Source: Octopus sinensis
Taxonomy: Eukaryota
Direction: 5' to 3'
Length of the DNA stretch: 64,000 bases
Assembly: GCF_006345805.1 (NCBI RefSeq)
Contig: NC_043005.1
Location: 17,794,001-17,858,000, forward strand
This document shows positions 37,201 to 51,052 of the stretch, piece after piece; positions within the stretch are counted from its first letter, which is position 1; every line of letters starts with the position of its first letter. Below the pieces are notes generated by a model that did no database searches, was not told the DNA's origin, and saw only the letters and a program-made list of their open reading frames with translations. A program made the translations under genes and the position numbers.

Positions 37201-37984
37201 TCTCACAAACTTTGACCTTCCCTCTGTTGAATTAATTTACATCAATCATATTAATTCTGATTCGAACGGGATGGAGAGACACAACTGTTAATTTCCATTT
37301 TTCTTTTTTTTCTAATTCCACTTTTTCCTTGTATTTTCCTCTCGTCCTTTCTCGAGTTTTCTCAGAGAGGCGTCCTCTTCATAGACCAGCGTCCTTTCTC
37401 GTTTCCTCACAGAAGGCTTGCCGTGTTGTATACTTGAGTCTGAACGATTGCTTGAAAACACACGGCACGCTATACAAACAGGTCTGACAATGATGTATTC
37501 ACAGCATGAAACTAATAATAGCTCGAAATTATATCTCGATATATCAAATGATATCAAATGATCTCTCACTGGATGGCGTACAATTTTAGTTGAAGTCATC
37601 AATTACAGAACAGTTCATTACACACACACATACACACATACATGTATGTGTGTATTTTAAATTAATGCTATGTTGACAGTGTTTAATTTGTTTTGTTGTT
37701 GTAATGTATTATAGAACATATCTATCTGTAGTTGAAACTGTGTCTTACAACGACTGTAATCTGTTCGCCGGTATAATATGTGTGCAACAAATACTGAAAC
37801 AGCTGTACGTACGTTTGAACTCTATTTCGAGTCTTCTAATATGTGCCTGTGTGTGTGTGTGTGTACGTATACATCTATATACACATGTAGAAGTATGCAA
37901 ACACACACACACGCGCGCACACACACACACAGGCGCGCGCACACACACAAGCGCGCGCACACACACACATATATGGAAACACAG

Positions 37985-38500
37985 CATAGTGTGTCCTATT
38001 CCCATTAAACGCACCCTTTCTGACCCCGCCAACTATCGCCTTATTGCACTCACTTCTAATATCTTTAAAAGGATTAAGGTCCTTAACAGTGACATCCGCC
38101 AACTCTTTTCCCTTTTCTCTGTCTCCTTGATGACCATCAGGACGGTTTCCGCAAAACCAAATCCAAGATAACCTACTCTCCTCTGTTAACCACAAGTACA
38201 ACCTTACCTTAGAGGAATTTGGTGAAAGCATTATTGTCGTCTTCATCATCAGTTAAGCTTTCATCCGAGTTTGGCATGTAAATCTCTACTTTAAGCTATC
38301 CGCTTGTGGGATTCATCTATTTCTTATCTCTTGGGTTGGTGGTTTTCTATCAGCTTTTTCTTTTGTCGCATATAATGATGAAGCTTTTCTTGTATCTAAT
38401 ATTTTTCACTCCGATGTAGTTCAGGATTCGGTTCTGTCCACCACAACACACTTCTATACATCTATGATTTACCTTCCACAACATCCAACACAACTCATCA
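37985..38500 (+). pseudogene. CR1/L2-group LINE RT fragment
   Basis: VCPIPIK..SDPANYRLIALTS; DHQDGFRK; KAF.RVWH; V.Q.SVLS. Confidence 0.7.
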
Positions 38501-39082
38501 TTTTCCCCTAACATTTATTCCCCTATACATTATCCAACCACATCAAAGACACCAAAACTGGAGGTTGCTGGAATGATCAAAGCCATGGCTTCTGAGAGAT
38601 GAATCCTTGGCTTAGAGAAGAGAATAATTCTAAATTTGTACGATCCAGGCGCATGAACTGGAAAAGCGTAATTTTCGGATACAGCCAAATTCTTTCGGGC
38701 GACATGGTCATGTCCCTTTTTTGTAATCAAAAAAACGATACGCACACACATCCTACATATTTTATCTATTGCTATCACCAACTATTAAATAGCGACTCTT
38801 TCCTCTTTATTCCCTGAAACATTTTTCACGAAATTTTGTAATAGCCATTCGCCACTACCGAACCAGCATATAGTAATTCTATATCCAGCACTAGAGAAGC
38901 TATGTATTACTGTCAGTATGCTTTCAACACCGTCTAGTACCAATATTCGCCGCGAAACCGATGGTAACATTCTGATGTAATATATCCGAAGCTAGTAGTA
39001 TATTGTCTGTCTACACAAAAAAACTCGCTCTATTACTTATATTGGATGATTTTATTTCAAACTTATGAACAACTAACTGATA

Positions 39083-39159
<77 letters not shown>

Positions 39160-39161
<2 letters not shown>

Positions 39162-39350
39162 CGTACATACATCGTTACCCACTACACACATTTTTTTTCT
39201 CTCCTTGTTTTTTCTGAGTACCTTTCTGTAGAAGAGCGTAGGCCTGAAACGTAAAAGACTTTTTCTATTCCTGAGTGCTATACTAATACATCTGTTTGTC
39301 TTGTACACCACCTGCCTTCGTCTTTTGTTTATTTTCGTAAACTTTCCCTT
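39160..39350 (+). mobile_element. Family H element, copy 5
   Basis: CTTTCTGTAGAAGAGCGTAGGCCTGAAACGTAAAAG at 39222-39257; (TA)n on both sides. Confidence 0.8.
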
Positions 39351-39513
39351 TATATATATATAAAGCCCACTAGAATGGGAGCAAGCGCTAATCCGAAATC
39401 CGAATGATATGATATGATATATATGTAAAAAATGTAATATATAAATAAATATCTACAAATATGAACCATCCGATCTGATTACCTCAATTTTTCTAATATA
39501 TATATATATTATA

Positions 39514-39555
<42 letters not shown>

Positions 39556-40215
39556 TATATAGGAGGAGGAGGAGACCCCCTTCGGTCATGAATGACCATG
39601 GGATTGCGCCTAGAAAGTTACCCTCCGTTGCACAATTCCGGGCAATGTTTGGTACAAAAAATTCAGGGTGAATACTTGATAATTGTAAGCACCTGTATAT
39701 GACATTTAGTGGTGTAGGTGATAGAGTATATTTATCAAAATGCGTCATGTTTTTATTTTGATAAATAAATAAATATATATATATATAATATATATATATA
39801 TACATGTATGTGTGTGTAGATACATCTATCTATCTATACACACACACACAAACACATACACATATACATACACAAACACATACACATATACATATATAAG
39901 CACACATGTATATATTTATATGTATATACAAATACATTTACAGAAAACACATAATTCGTAGCATTTCATGCTCTTCAGATAAATGTTTTCAGTATACAAG
40001 AATTCTTAAAGAGACCGAAATAACTATACGTTTTGCAATTAGATATTTCTTTCAACCACTTCTTTCCGTTATTTTCATAATTATTGTTCGTTATTTTGAA
40101 ACTATTCTTAATGTTATTATTACAAAAATCTATATGTTGAATTCTTCACGTATTCTCGAACATATATAGGATTGTGTAACATAGGCGCATGCGTATAATT
40201 TGGACTCCATCAAAC

Positions 40216-40287
<72 letters not shown>

Positions 40288-40288
<1 letters not shown>

Positions 40289-42207
40289 GGAGAAGCAAGC
40301 CCATGCCGTCCACCAGCGCCTCCGTCGTGGGACGCTGGACCGACGGCCCGGTTGAGTTGCTCGGGGTCTGGTTTGGTCCGGACCTCCAAGTGGAGAAGAA
40401 CTGGAACGAGATAACGAGTAGGGTGGTCACTCTCGCCCGGCAATGGGCCGAGAGGAAACTGTCCCTAAAAGGTCGAGCGGAGGTGGCGAACACGTACATC
40501 GCGTCCGTCATCTACTACCGCCTGACCGTCGTACCTTGTCCCGACCCTACCATCACCAAACTACAACGCATCCTCTTTCGCTTCTTGTGGAAAGGATGCG
40601 TCCCGATGGTCAGGCGATCCATTTGCTGTCAACACCCGTTAAAAGGAGGGCTGGGCATGCCGTGGTTGATGATGCGCAGACACGCGCTGAGACTGCGACA
40701 TCTCTGGCTCTATGTAGACGACGGTGAACAGGTGTGGTCGCCGTTTGTGAGGCACGCTTTCCCGCAGCTCGTCTCCATGACCGAACTGCAGTCGTGGATC
40801 AAAAAGAGGCCGAGGAAGGGCGAATGGCACGCGAGTGTCGCGTTGCTCTCAAGCAACTCTGCCGTCCTGGGTCGACCTTAAGTGACTTCAACACAACCAA
40901 AGCATTCTATAGGGGTTTAGTGGAGGGGAGGTACGACGACGAGCTCGGGGCGAACCTGGACGTCGACGAGGAGTACCTGACCCGCCTGTTCGGGACGACT
41001 TTCGGGCCAGGGCCCATGGACAACTTCCAGAGATCCCTGGCCTGGCAGTGCTACCGAGAAGCGCTACCCGTTCGGGATAAGCTCTACAGACACGGCTCGA
41101 GAAACACGGGGCCGACCTGCCCGAGATGCGGTCAGAGCGACGAAACCGTTCTGCACGCACTCGTTCAGTGTCCAACAATTTCCGACCTGTGGGCTTATGT
41201 CGAACAACTGCTGTCACGTGTGGGACGAGTCGGTTTATCAGCTGAGTCTATCGTCAATATTGTCACGCCTCCTTCCTTCAAACGGGAAGGAAGAGCTATT
41301 TTCATCATCCTTGTGGCTATGGCGAAAGAATGTATCTGGTGGACGCGTCTGAAAGGATTGGAGACAAACACTTTCCTCTCTGGTCAATCTCTCATCAACT
41401 TCTTCAAGTACCACTTGAAAAGGAAAGTGAGAGTAGAGAGGCAAGTTTTGTCTAGCGAATGTTTTAAAAAAAGATGGGTGAATGTAGCAAGAATGGCACG
41501 TATGAATGACGAAGCCACCTTGAGCATAGTCCTATGAACCCAGAAATCGAAAACAGAGAGTGCTTATTTGCAAAAAAAAAAAAAAAAAAAAAGAAATATA
41601 AAATGTGACTTCATTGACCGAGGTTACGTGGTCTTTTTGCAGGCTTTTCTTTCCACGGGTAAACCTCACCTGTCCTCCCCTTTACACTTCATATTGACAT
41701 TTCTGTGATAACGATCCCTATTGATCATTTTTTTTCCTCTCCCCCCTTTTTTTTTATTTATTTATTTTTTTTTATTTTTTTAACCCCCCTTATTTTGTCC
41801 TCTTTCTCTCCTTTACGATCCCTTTTGATCGAACCTCCCCCTTCCTTTTTTTTTTTTTTTTTTTTTAATACCTTCAAAAGAAAAGCTCTACCTTGTAATT
41901 TGTTCTATCTGTGTGCAGCCCTGTGTGGCTAATAAAGAAACATATCTATCTATCAATTTTTTCTTTTTTTCATTTCTCTTTTCTTTTGTTCCTTTTCCTT
42001 TTTTTCTTTTTTTTCTTTTTTTAATTTAAAATTTTTTTTATTTTTTGCTCTTTTTTTCCCTTTTACGATCCCTTTTGATCGAAAACCTACGCCACCTTTT
42101 TTTCTTTTGTTTTTTTGTTTTTTGTTTTTTTTTCATCTCCCAAAAGAAAAGCTCTACCTTGTAACTTGTCCCATCTGTGTGCAGCCCTGTGTGGCCAATA
42201 AAGAAAC

Positions 42208-42210
<3 letters not shown>
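40288..42210 (+). mobile_element. 5'-truncated Tx1/L1-clade LINE (ORF2 C-terminus plus 3' UTR, duplicated 3' end)
   Basis: LLGVWFGPD..LSLKGRA..GGLGMP; one frameshift near 40830; zinc finger CPRCGQSDETVLHALVQC; stop at 41537; homologous to 20585-21370; terminal CAGCCCTGTGTGGC.AATAAAGAAA near 41916 and 42182. Confidence 0.92.
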
Positions 42211-42293
<83 letters not shown>

Positions 42294-42342
42294 GTCTATC
42301 TATCTGTGTGCGTGTGTGTATGTGTGTATGTGTGTGTGTGTA

Positions 42343-42385
<43 letters not shown>

Positions 42386-42999
42386 TAAGTGAGTCGAAAA
42401 TACACTTGAAATTTTTATAAAAATTTAATTACATTAACATAACCGATTGGACTATTTCTGGAAGGTTGTTGAACTTGCTGTAACTGTTCTCTTCTTTTTA
42501 AAGTTCCTTCTTTAGTATTCCTCAATTTGTGTTATCCGTCACTGATGGCCATTTCACGCTCCCTGTTGTAAATTAGGTATCTGGGGATGGCATTAGAGCA
42601 ACCCTTTTTGTGATTTTAGTGTGGGACAGTTAACAAGAAGTCTTTTGTGCAGTGGTTTGCTTTTCTCAGTGAAGTCCTCTTTCATCTCACTGCATGTCTC
42701 CACTCTGCCAGATATCTGTTATTCCTCCCTCCACATTTTGTTCTGGACCATTATATCTTCAGTTCATTTGCATTTTTGAAGACCTCAAAATGGTACTTAA
42801 CTTCCAGAATGTCCCCTGTGCGTATAAGTTGTGTGAACCGTCTCGTGGTCCGTGTGTATTGCATGTTCGCTATCACTATGTCCATATTAGAAAGTTTTTG
42901 ATCCTTTCCTCTCTTAAGAAATTCTGTGAATATTGCAGTATTCTGTTTCGTAACTGCCAATGGTCTTTCTTGTCTTTTTAGGGCCAACCATTCTTCTTT

Positions 43000-43402
43000 C
43001 ATCTCACCACAAGGTCAGTCCTTGCGGTGTGGAAGCTTGTGTCTCAGTGACCCTGAGAGCTATGCCAGCGGAGCGTAAGATCCTAGCAAGGCCTCCCATA
43101 CTGGACAGGTCAAAGGGCAGAGGCTACACTAATACGGAGCCCTCTTCCCAGAAATAAAAACACTCTTATTCAGAAAAAAAAAGAATCACTGACAATAAAA
43201 AAAATAAATCAACAAGACTTGGGACAGGAAGGACATCCGTCAGAGAAATATGTCCCTGAACCGCGAGGGGGAATGGAATCAGCTAGAGAGCTGGAAGAGA
43301 GGCTGAAAAAGCAAGGAAACACAAAATCAGCCCAGAGTCGAGAAAATTGGAGAAAAATTGTTGATAATATATGCTCCGAAGGGAGAGAAAGATTTAAATA
43401 AG
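43000..43402 (+). mobile_element. Internally deleted RTE-type element (5' UTR-like part plus ORF C-terminus)
   Basis: GACCCTGAGAGCTATGCC..GGCCTCCCATACTGGACAGGTC resembles RTE/Rex3 5' regions; AQSRENWRKIVDNICS resembles RTE C-termini. Confidence 0.55.
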
Positions 43403-43494
43403 AAAGTATTGTTCATTGGCTTTACTATTAGATACATTTACTGGGAATTCTAATAGATTTAGTCACATAATAATGTCTGTCACTTTCAACCAGG

Positions 43495-43810
43495 ACAATA
43501 AATCGTCAAGAGGTATCTAACTTTCCTCGGGGATTTCGACCCTAAACCACAACGTTTTTCAGTTTGCGGGTCAGCAATGATGGCCAGTAAATGCCTCTCT
43601 TCCGGTTTACAACTCAACTCTTCTCGCTTGTTTCGGAGACAGCAAGATACTCTTTTTGCTGCCTTCTCTAACATGAGAGCCGCTCTCTTTCTTTCCTTTC
43701 CCATCACTTCTAGAGGTATCAGCATCTTCAATACAGACTCTATTGGAATAAACCTGCAACCAATCTGAAATGGAAATCTGCCAACCTTTTCCTCTATAGT
43801 GTTGGAAGAC
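43495..43810 (-). mobile_element. HERO/NeSL-like RLE retrotransposon 3' fragment
   Basis: FPFQIGCRF..SVLKML..GKERKRAA..LEKAAKRVSCCL.NKRE resembles the HERO C-terminus (PIEVGCRG..AAE.AS.WLW.KR). Confidence 0.6.
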
Positions 43811-43829
43811 ATCTTGGTATTTGATGGCT

Positions 43830-45095
43830 TTCCTCTTGGAAGCCCCCTCTCATGAAGAAGAATTACGCAAGAAGGGACTACGCGATCAATTCCATGTAGC
43901 CACAACAGAAATTGTGGGATTAGCTGATGAAAGGAACACTAAAAAAGAAACTGAGTACTCTATACTGGTAGTGCAAGACCAAGCTTTGGCCACGAATTGG
44001 AAGATCAACCTGAAGATTGAACAAATGTCACCGCTGTGCCGCATTTGCAATAGCGTGGATGAAACTATTGCCCATATCATGAACGAATGTCTTTGACTTG
44101 CCCCAAACTGTTAAAAGTTGTGGCGACACGACCAGGCAGCGAAAGTTCTACATTGGAAACTGTGCGAAAAGAAGGGGCTAAAGAGAGGTAAGGCTTAGTA
44201 TGAGCAGTGGAGGCGCAATGGCCCAGTGGTTAGGGCAGCGGGCTCGCGGTCATAGGATCGCGGTTTCGATTCCCAGACCGTGAGTGTTTATTGAACGAAA
44301 ACACCTAAAAGCTCCACGAGGCTCCGGCAGGGGGTGGTGGTGATCCCTGCTGTACTCTTTCACCACAACTTTCTCTCACTCTTACTTCCTGTTTCTGTTG
44401 TACCTTATTTCAAAGGGCCGGCCTTGTCACTCTCTGTGTCACGCTGAATATCCCCGAGAACTACGTTAAGGGTACACGTGTCTGTGGAGTGCTCAGCCAC
44501 TTACACGTTAATTTCACGAGCAGGCTGTTCCGTTGATTCGGATCAACCGGAACCCTCATCGTCGTAACCGACGGAGTACTTCCAAAAGTATGAGCACAAA
44601 CCACAGAGAGTGGCGGAGTCGGAGACTAGTAAAATTCTCTGGGATTTCCCAATCCAAACAGATCAAGTGCTAGAGAATAACAGACCGTACCTAGTGGCAG
44701 TGGACAAGGAGCACCACATATGCTATATAGTTGATGTTGTATGCCCATTTAACCCACGAATAGTCAAGAAAGAAGGCAAAAAGGTAGATAGATACAACCC
44801 TCTTAAGTACGAAATAGCCCGGCTATGGAAAATGAAGAGGATGAAGATAGTGCCAATTGTTGTTGGGTCCTTGAGAAGAGTTTCAGAAGGCATCAAGAGG
44901 AATATAAAGGAAATTGGAATACAGTGCCCAGTAGAACTCTTTCAAAAGGTCTGCTTCCTTGGCATAACCAGAATAATCAGGTAAATATCAGATTGCTGAA
45001 AAGAACGGATAGCATAGTACTGTAGGCTGCAGATAGTAAGGCGGCTACGCATGCAAGACTCCAGGAGCTCCAACAAAACATGTGATAAAGAGAAA
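43830..45095 (+). pseudogene. R4/Dong-clade retrotransposon 3' part (zinc finger plus RLE)
   Basis: SPLCRICNSVDETIAHIMNEC; RHDQAAKVLHWKLC; KILWDFPIQTD..NNRP..IVDV.CP..K..RY..L..IVPIVVGSL; ends in (TAA)n. Confidence 0.88.
44207..44586 (+). mobile_element. SINE family C (tRNA-derived), full length, inside the Dong-like ORF
   Basis: TGGCCCAGTGGTTAGGGC (A box), GGTTTCGATTCCC (B box); TSD AGTATGAGCA. Confidence 0.92.
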
Positions 45096-45125
45096 ATAAT
45101 AATAATAATAATAATGGTGATGATG

Positions 45126-45165
<40 letters not shown>

Positions 45166-45218
45166 TGATGATGATGATGATGATGATAATAATAACAATG
45201 ATGATGATGATGATGATG

Positions 45219-45257
<39 letters not shown>

Positions 45258-45260
45258 GTG

Positions 45261-45302
<42 letters not shown>

Positions 45303-45321
45303 TAATAATAATAATAAAACA

Positions 45322-45350
<29 letters not shown>
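45096..45350. repeat. (TAA)n/(TGA)n/(CA)n microsatellite
   Basis: Direct reading. Confidence 0.97.
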
Positions 45351-45352
<2 letters not shown>

Positions 45353-45966
45353 GCATATACACATGTGTACTGGAATATATGTATATTATATGTATGTACA
45401 CGTGTGATAGTACATATGCGCATAAGCGTATGGGTTTTCTCAAATCATTTCTTGATTTGCACATCAACAATTTTGCGAGGTAAAGCCAACGAGAAAATGA
45501 TTAGATTAATTTCAATTTAGTAACATGACAGCTTGGATTGAACAATGCATTCCTTTCTACTCATGTAATCTCCTATGTTTTTCACTTATAATCAGTGGAT
45601 ACCAAGAGCAAAATATTCTAATTGTGTACAGTTGGCAAATCTTCTACACAAAATTTACATCTAATTTTGCTTAACAACTCTGCATAAGCCTCGAAGTAGC
45701 ACCTTAAAGAGGAATAATTTGTTTATATGCCTTTTCCTAATTTACTTGATACACACGTATATAACATATGTAGGTGTGTATATATACATGCATATATACA
45801 TGCATATATACATACACATATATATAATATATATGTATATATATGTATATGTGTGTGTATGCATGAATGTGTACGTATATATTTTATGTGTGTGTTTAAA
45901 TACATACGGCTGTCTATATATATATATTTATATGTCTTCATGCAAATACACCCAAATATATGCATA

Positions 45967-46242
45967 TATTGGCTTTGTGCATAATTATTGCGGATTTTTT
46001 TCAACAAATTTTATTCAACAAAAACAATAACAACAAGTAACAAAAATGACTTTAAATGATTATTCCGGAGCACATTCACCACCTACTTCAATTAGTGCTT
46101 CCCTTTTGCTTGGCAGACGTTTACACCGTCATTAAATATGTTTTTGTTACATGCTGTTAATGTTTTTGTTACATGCTGTTAATGTTTTTGTTGAATAAAA
46201 TTTGTTGAAAAAAAGCCGCAATAATTATTCACCAACCCAATG
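45967..46242. mobile_element. Mariner-type MITE
   Basis: Inverted arms of about 85 bp starting TATTGGCTTTGTGCATAATTATTGCGG and ending CCGCAATAATTATTCACCAACCCAATG; TA on both flanks. Confidence 0.85.
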
Positions 46243-46250
46243 TATATATA

Positions 46251-46326
<76 letters not shown>

Positions 46327-46589
46327 TACAGACACACAGACACATCTATTCACACCACATGTATATGTATGCACACACAACATAACCACAGAGACTCACA
46401 TACTCACCTCATCCTAACCCCAAACTCATTGATGCTTGAAGGAAGAAAGCCAAAAAAGAAAAAAACGGGTACATTCTTTTCAATTCCACATTTCTGCTAA
46501 AACGGACAGGTTAGTGACAACCTCATCACTACAATAATGTAAATCTTTTTGAACTCATAATATTCTGCATATGTATACTGAACTTTTTT

Positions 46590-46935
46590 TAATAATTCCT
46601 CCTGGAAATTACCCTGAGATGTATAATATATTTGTTTTAATCTTTTCTGCCCATTTTTTCAGTGAGCTTGTTAAACTTTTTTATATTCTCAACATACTGT
46701 TGTCACCAAAGACTGTATATTTATATGGTTTATAGTACTCTGTGTCAACCAATATTCTGTGCATGTTTGAATATACAGATACAGTACCAATAACAATTCC
46801 TTCTGGAAACTATCTTAAGTATGTCCTTGAGAACGATTATTTATGTAATCTATTTTGCCCAATATTTTAAGGAACTTGTTGAACTTTTTTATGTCCTTAA
46901 CATGTCCCTGTTACCAAAGACTGTATATATATAGG
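46590..46935 (+). repeat. Degenerate direct repeat (about 140 bp, two copies)
   Basis: AATTCCT.CTGGAAA...CTTGTT.AACTTTTTTAT...ACCAAAGACTGTATAT occurs twice. Confidence 0.6.
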
Positions 46936-47071
46936 TAATGTAGCAATTTGCAACAACCAATAATTAACGCAACCAAACTTCCACATGTTACTTTTGACAA
47001 TCTTTTTCCAAAGAGTGAAACCGGTAAAGTAAATAAATATCTTTTAAATTGCATTTTCAAACCTTCTTTCG

Positions 47072-47102
<31 letters not shown>

Positions 47103-47429
47103 TAATATATATATATATTATATATATATGTGTGTTGTGTGTGTGTGTGTGTCTATACATAAATATACACAACACGCAGACATACTTACACATACATACA
47201 CACACACGCAATCATGGAGATAAGCATGTATTTCTTCCAAACTAACTGCAATTAAACTTGAAAAACCTAAAAGGAAAAAATGGCAAACACAGTCGTGTTT
47301 TTAATGAAACACACTCACATAAAGATACATATGCATACGTATATTCAAACATACACACATATATACATACATACATTCATACACATATACATATATACAT
47401 ACATATATACCTGCATACATACTTACATA

Positions 47430-47489
<60 letters not shown>

Positions 47490-47580
47490 ATCTATCTATC
47501 TATCTATTATCTATATCTATCTATCTATCTAATATATATATATATATATATATAATATATATATATAATATATATATATA

Positions 47581-48747
47581 TGTCAGGTCATCCCATAAGT
47601 TCTGTCCGATTTTACTTTTTTTTTAAATTGAATGAAATTTAATAGTATTTAGAATGTCTAATGGAATTAAAAATTATTTTTTTGCATTTGTGTACAATTA
47701 AATTAATCAAATATTATTTTACAGAATAATAGAATTAAAATTTCTTTGATCAAAACCCTTTCTAACATGGAAGTATCCAAAGAGCATTTGAGGCACATAA
47801 TGCTTTATGAGTACAAAAAAAGGAAACTCTGCAGCCGAAGCGACTCGAAACATACACTCAGTTTATAGGAAAGAATGCTTGAATAAAAGAACTTGCAGAA
47901 GATGGCTTGCAAAATTCAGAAGCGGAGATTTCAACCTTGAAGATGAAGATCGAATAGGACATCCAGTTGAATTTGATGATAAGCTCGTTGAGGCATTACT
48001 TGAAGGAAATCCTGCATTATCAGTTGAAAACTGTTCATCGTCATCTTCTACAACTTGGAAAGGTTCCTGAACTTAGAAAATGGGTGCCTCATGAACTTTC
48101 CGAAAGCAATCGCAAATCCCGAGATGATATCTGCTCTTCTCTCCATTCTCGCGAACTCATTTTACCCTTTTTGGATAGATTTGTGACTGGTGACGAAGAA
48201 TTGATCTTCTATCGAAATGTTAAACGTGGTAAACGGTGGCGTGGTAAAAGGGGAAAAGCTCAACTATAACCTAGAAGGGAACTTCATGGGAAAAAGGTTC
48301 TTCTCTCTTTCTTGTTGGATCGCAAAGGAGTAATTCACTTTGAACTGTTACCGCTTAATGCAACAATCAATGCTCAAGTCTACTGTCAGCAATTAGAGCG
48401 TTTGAACCAAGCTTTCAAGAAAAAATACCTACTTTAGTGAATCGAAAAGAGGCGACGTTTCATCAGAACAATGCGCGACCCCACACTGCAAAGATTACAT
48501 CACAAAAATCGAAGAGTTTGGTTTGGAAAAAATTCCTCATCCACCTTATTCTTCCGATCTTGCTCCTTCAGACTACCATTTGTTTCGTAGTTTACAGAAT
48601 CATTTGGCGGACATAACTTTCGCAAGCCAGGAGGAGGTCAAAACTAACATTTCAGAGTTCTTCGCTTTGAAACCAAGAGTTTTACTCGGATGGGATTAAA
48701 AAGCTTGTAAATAGATGGAAGGGAGTCATAGATAATCAGAGAAAGTA
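47581..48747 (+). pseudogene. Mariner transposon with frameshifted transposase
   Basis: ATG at 47767; KKGNSAAEATRNI..FRSGDFNLED; WVPHEL; VTGDE; NARPH; HPPYSSDLAPSDYHLF; left TIR-like TCAGGTCATCCCATAAGTTCTGTCCG; right end lost. Confidence 0.93.
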
Positions 48748-48751
48748 GAAG

Positions 48752-48905
48752 ACAGGCTTCTTTCAGTTTCCGTCTACCAAATCCACTCACAAGACTTTGG
48801 TCGGCCCGAAGCTATAGTACAAGACACCTGCCCAAGGTGCCACGCAGTGAGAATGAACCCGGAACCATGTGGTTGGTAAGCAAGCTACTTACTACATAGC
48901 CACTC
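48752..48905 (-). mobile_element. SINE family B, 5' half
   Basis: GGCTTCTTTCAGTTTCCGTCTACCAAATCCACTCAC..GAACCCGGAACC. Confidence 0.85.
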
Positions 48906-48909
48906 TTAG

Positions 48910-49135
48910 GTTACCTTCTGGTGTCACGCTAGGTTCATAAGGGCCAGTTTCCGGTTTCCATGGCGTATATATTTCCCACCTGGACGGGACACTGGTCCGT
49001 CGCAGAATTACTCATGTTTGCCAGTTGAGTGGACTGGAGCAACGTGAAACGAGGTGTTTTGCCTGGTCTTGGAATCGAAACCACAATCTTACGATCATGA
49101 GTCATCCAACACCCTAACTACTAAGTCATGCGCCT

Positions 49136-49138
<3 letters not shown>
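48910..49138 (-). mobile_element. SINE family D
   Basis: Minus strand GGAGGCGCATGACTTAGTAGTTAGGG..GGTTTCGATTCC..TTTCACGTTGCTCCAGTCCACTCA. Confidence 0.75.
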
Positions 49139-49169
<31 letters not shown>

Positions 49170-49394
49170 ACACATATGTATACACGCTCACAAATATATT
49201 TACATAAGGCCATAAAAAATACAGAATACTGAGAAGAAAATGCATAATTTATCAACTCGACAGCTGATTCAGAAGGTTTGGAGTTACGTAAGAATTGTTA
49301 TATTCATAACTTGTAGATGGAATATACAAAAAAGCTTGGGTATACAATCAGAAAACTGTCGCATGAACATATTACAATAAGTTCAGCTCCCCTC

Positions 49395-49740
<346 letters not shown>

Positions 49741-50132
49741 CATCCCCTGCACACATACGTATATGTATATGTATTCATTTATGTATACATATATTGATTT
49801 TCACATTTCAGAAAACATCATTATCAAAAGAAGAGAGAATATTCATTGAACAGGAAATGGCACAATATATGTGTAATCACGTTCAGCTTCCGAGCTATAT
49901 CAAGTTCACTGCACCTGGGTGGTTCAGGTAGCTCACAGTGTGATCGTCGGAGCAGTAGTGTAGCTATCCTGGAATCCCTGAGCCCTGGTAGTCAATACGG
50001 GGTCTGGATTTGATGGGAGAAATGAGCGCATTGAAGAAGTAGTTGAAAACTGAGAGAAGGAGGAATACAGAGAAGGAATACAGAGAGGGAATACAGAGAG
50101 GGATCACAACTTGTATTATAAGCTCTAAGAAT

Positions 50133-50480
<348 letters not shown>

Positions 50481-50817
50481 TTTGAGAGGTGAAGGGGAGG
50501 AAGGACTGTTGAACATTCCAGAGAGGGGGATTTGAGAGGTGAAAGGGAGGAAGGGAAGGAAGGAATGTTGAACAATTCGCTTCAGTTGTTAACCGGTTTG
50601 TATTAACGGTGAAGCTAATAGCGAAGGGATAAAATCTGTAGCACGTTTATAAGTTAACTTTACCGTTATGTATATATAGAAGGGAAAGTGTACTGAGCAA
50701 GCAAAATGTATCCCGGAACAACTGGTGGCATACGAGGTGTAAATCAGTCGAAGTATGACGTAGCGTATTAATAGGCCAGTCTCTCTGAATGGCTTACAGC
50801 ATATTGCGTATCACATT

Positions 50818-51052
50818 ACCTATTTCTTTATTACCCACAAGGAGCTAAACACAGAGGGGACAAACAAGGACAGACATAGGTATTAAGTCGATTACATCGA
50901 CCCCAGTGCGTAATTGGTACTTAATTTATCGACCCCGAAGGGATGAAAGGCAAAGTCGACCTCGGCGGAATTTGAACTCACAATGTAGCGGCAGACGAAA
51001 TACCGTTTAGCATTTTGCCTGGCGTGCTAACGGTTCTGCCAGCTTGCCGCCT
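50818..51052 (-). mobile_element. SINE family A, full length
   Basis: Complete head, core and tail 1. Confidence 0.9.

Noticed and set aside
37312-37602. Non-repetitive ORF as a host exon
   Set aside because: No recognisable domain or convincing splice context; RNA-seq would be needed
42430-43000. Possible decayed LINE on the minus strand
   Set aside because: Only short ambiguous peptides (DIWQSGDM, KWPSV); insufficient support
44207-44280. tRNA gene
   Set aside because: A and B boxes are present but run into a multi-copy SINE body with a TSD; no complete cloverleaf
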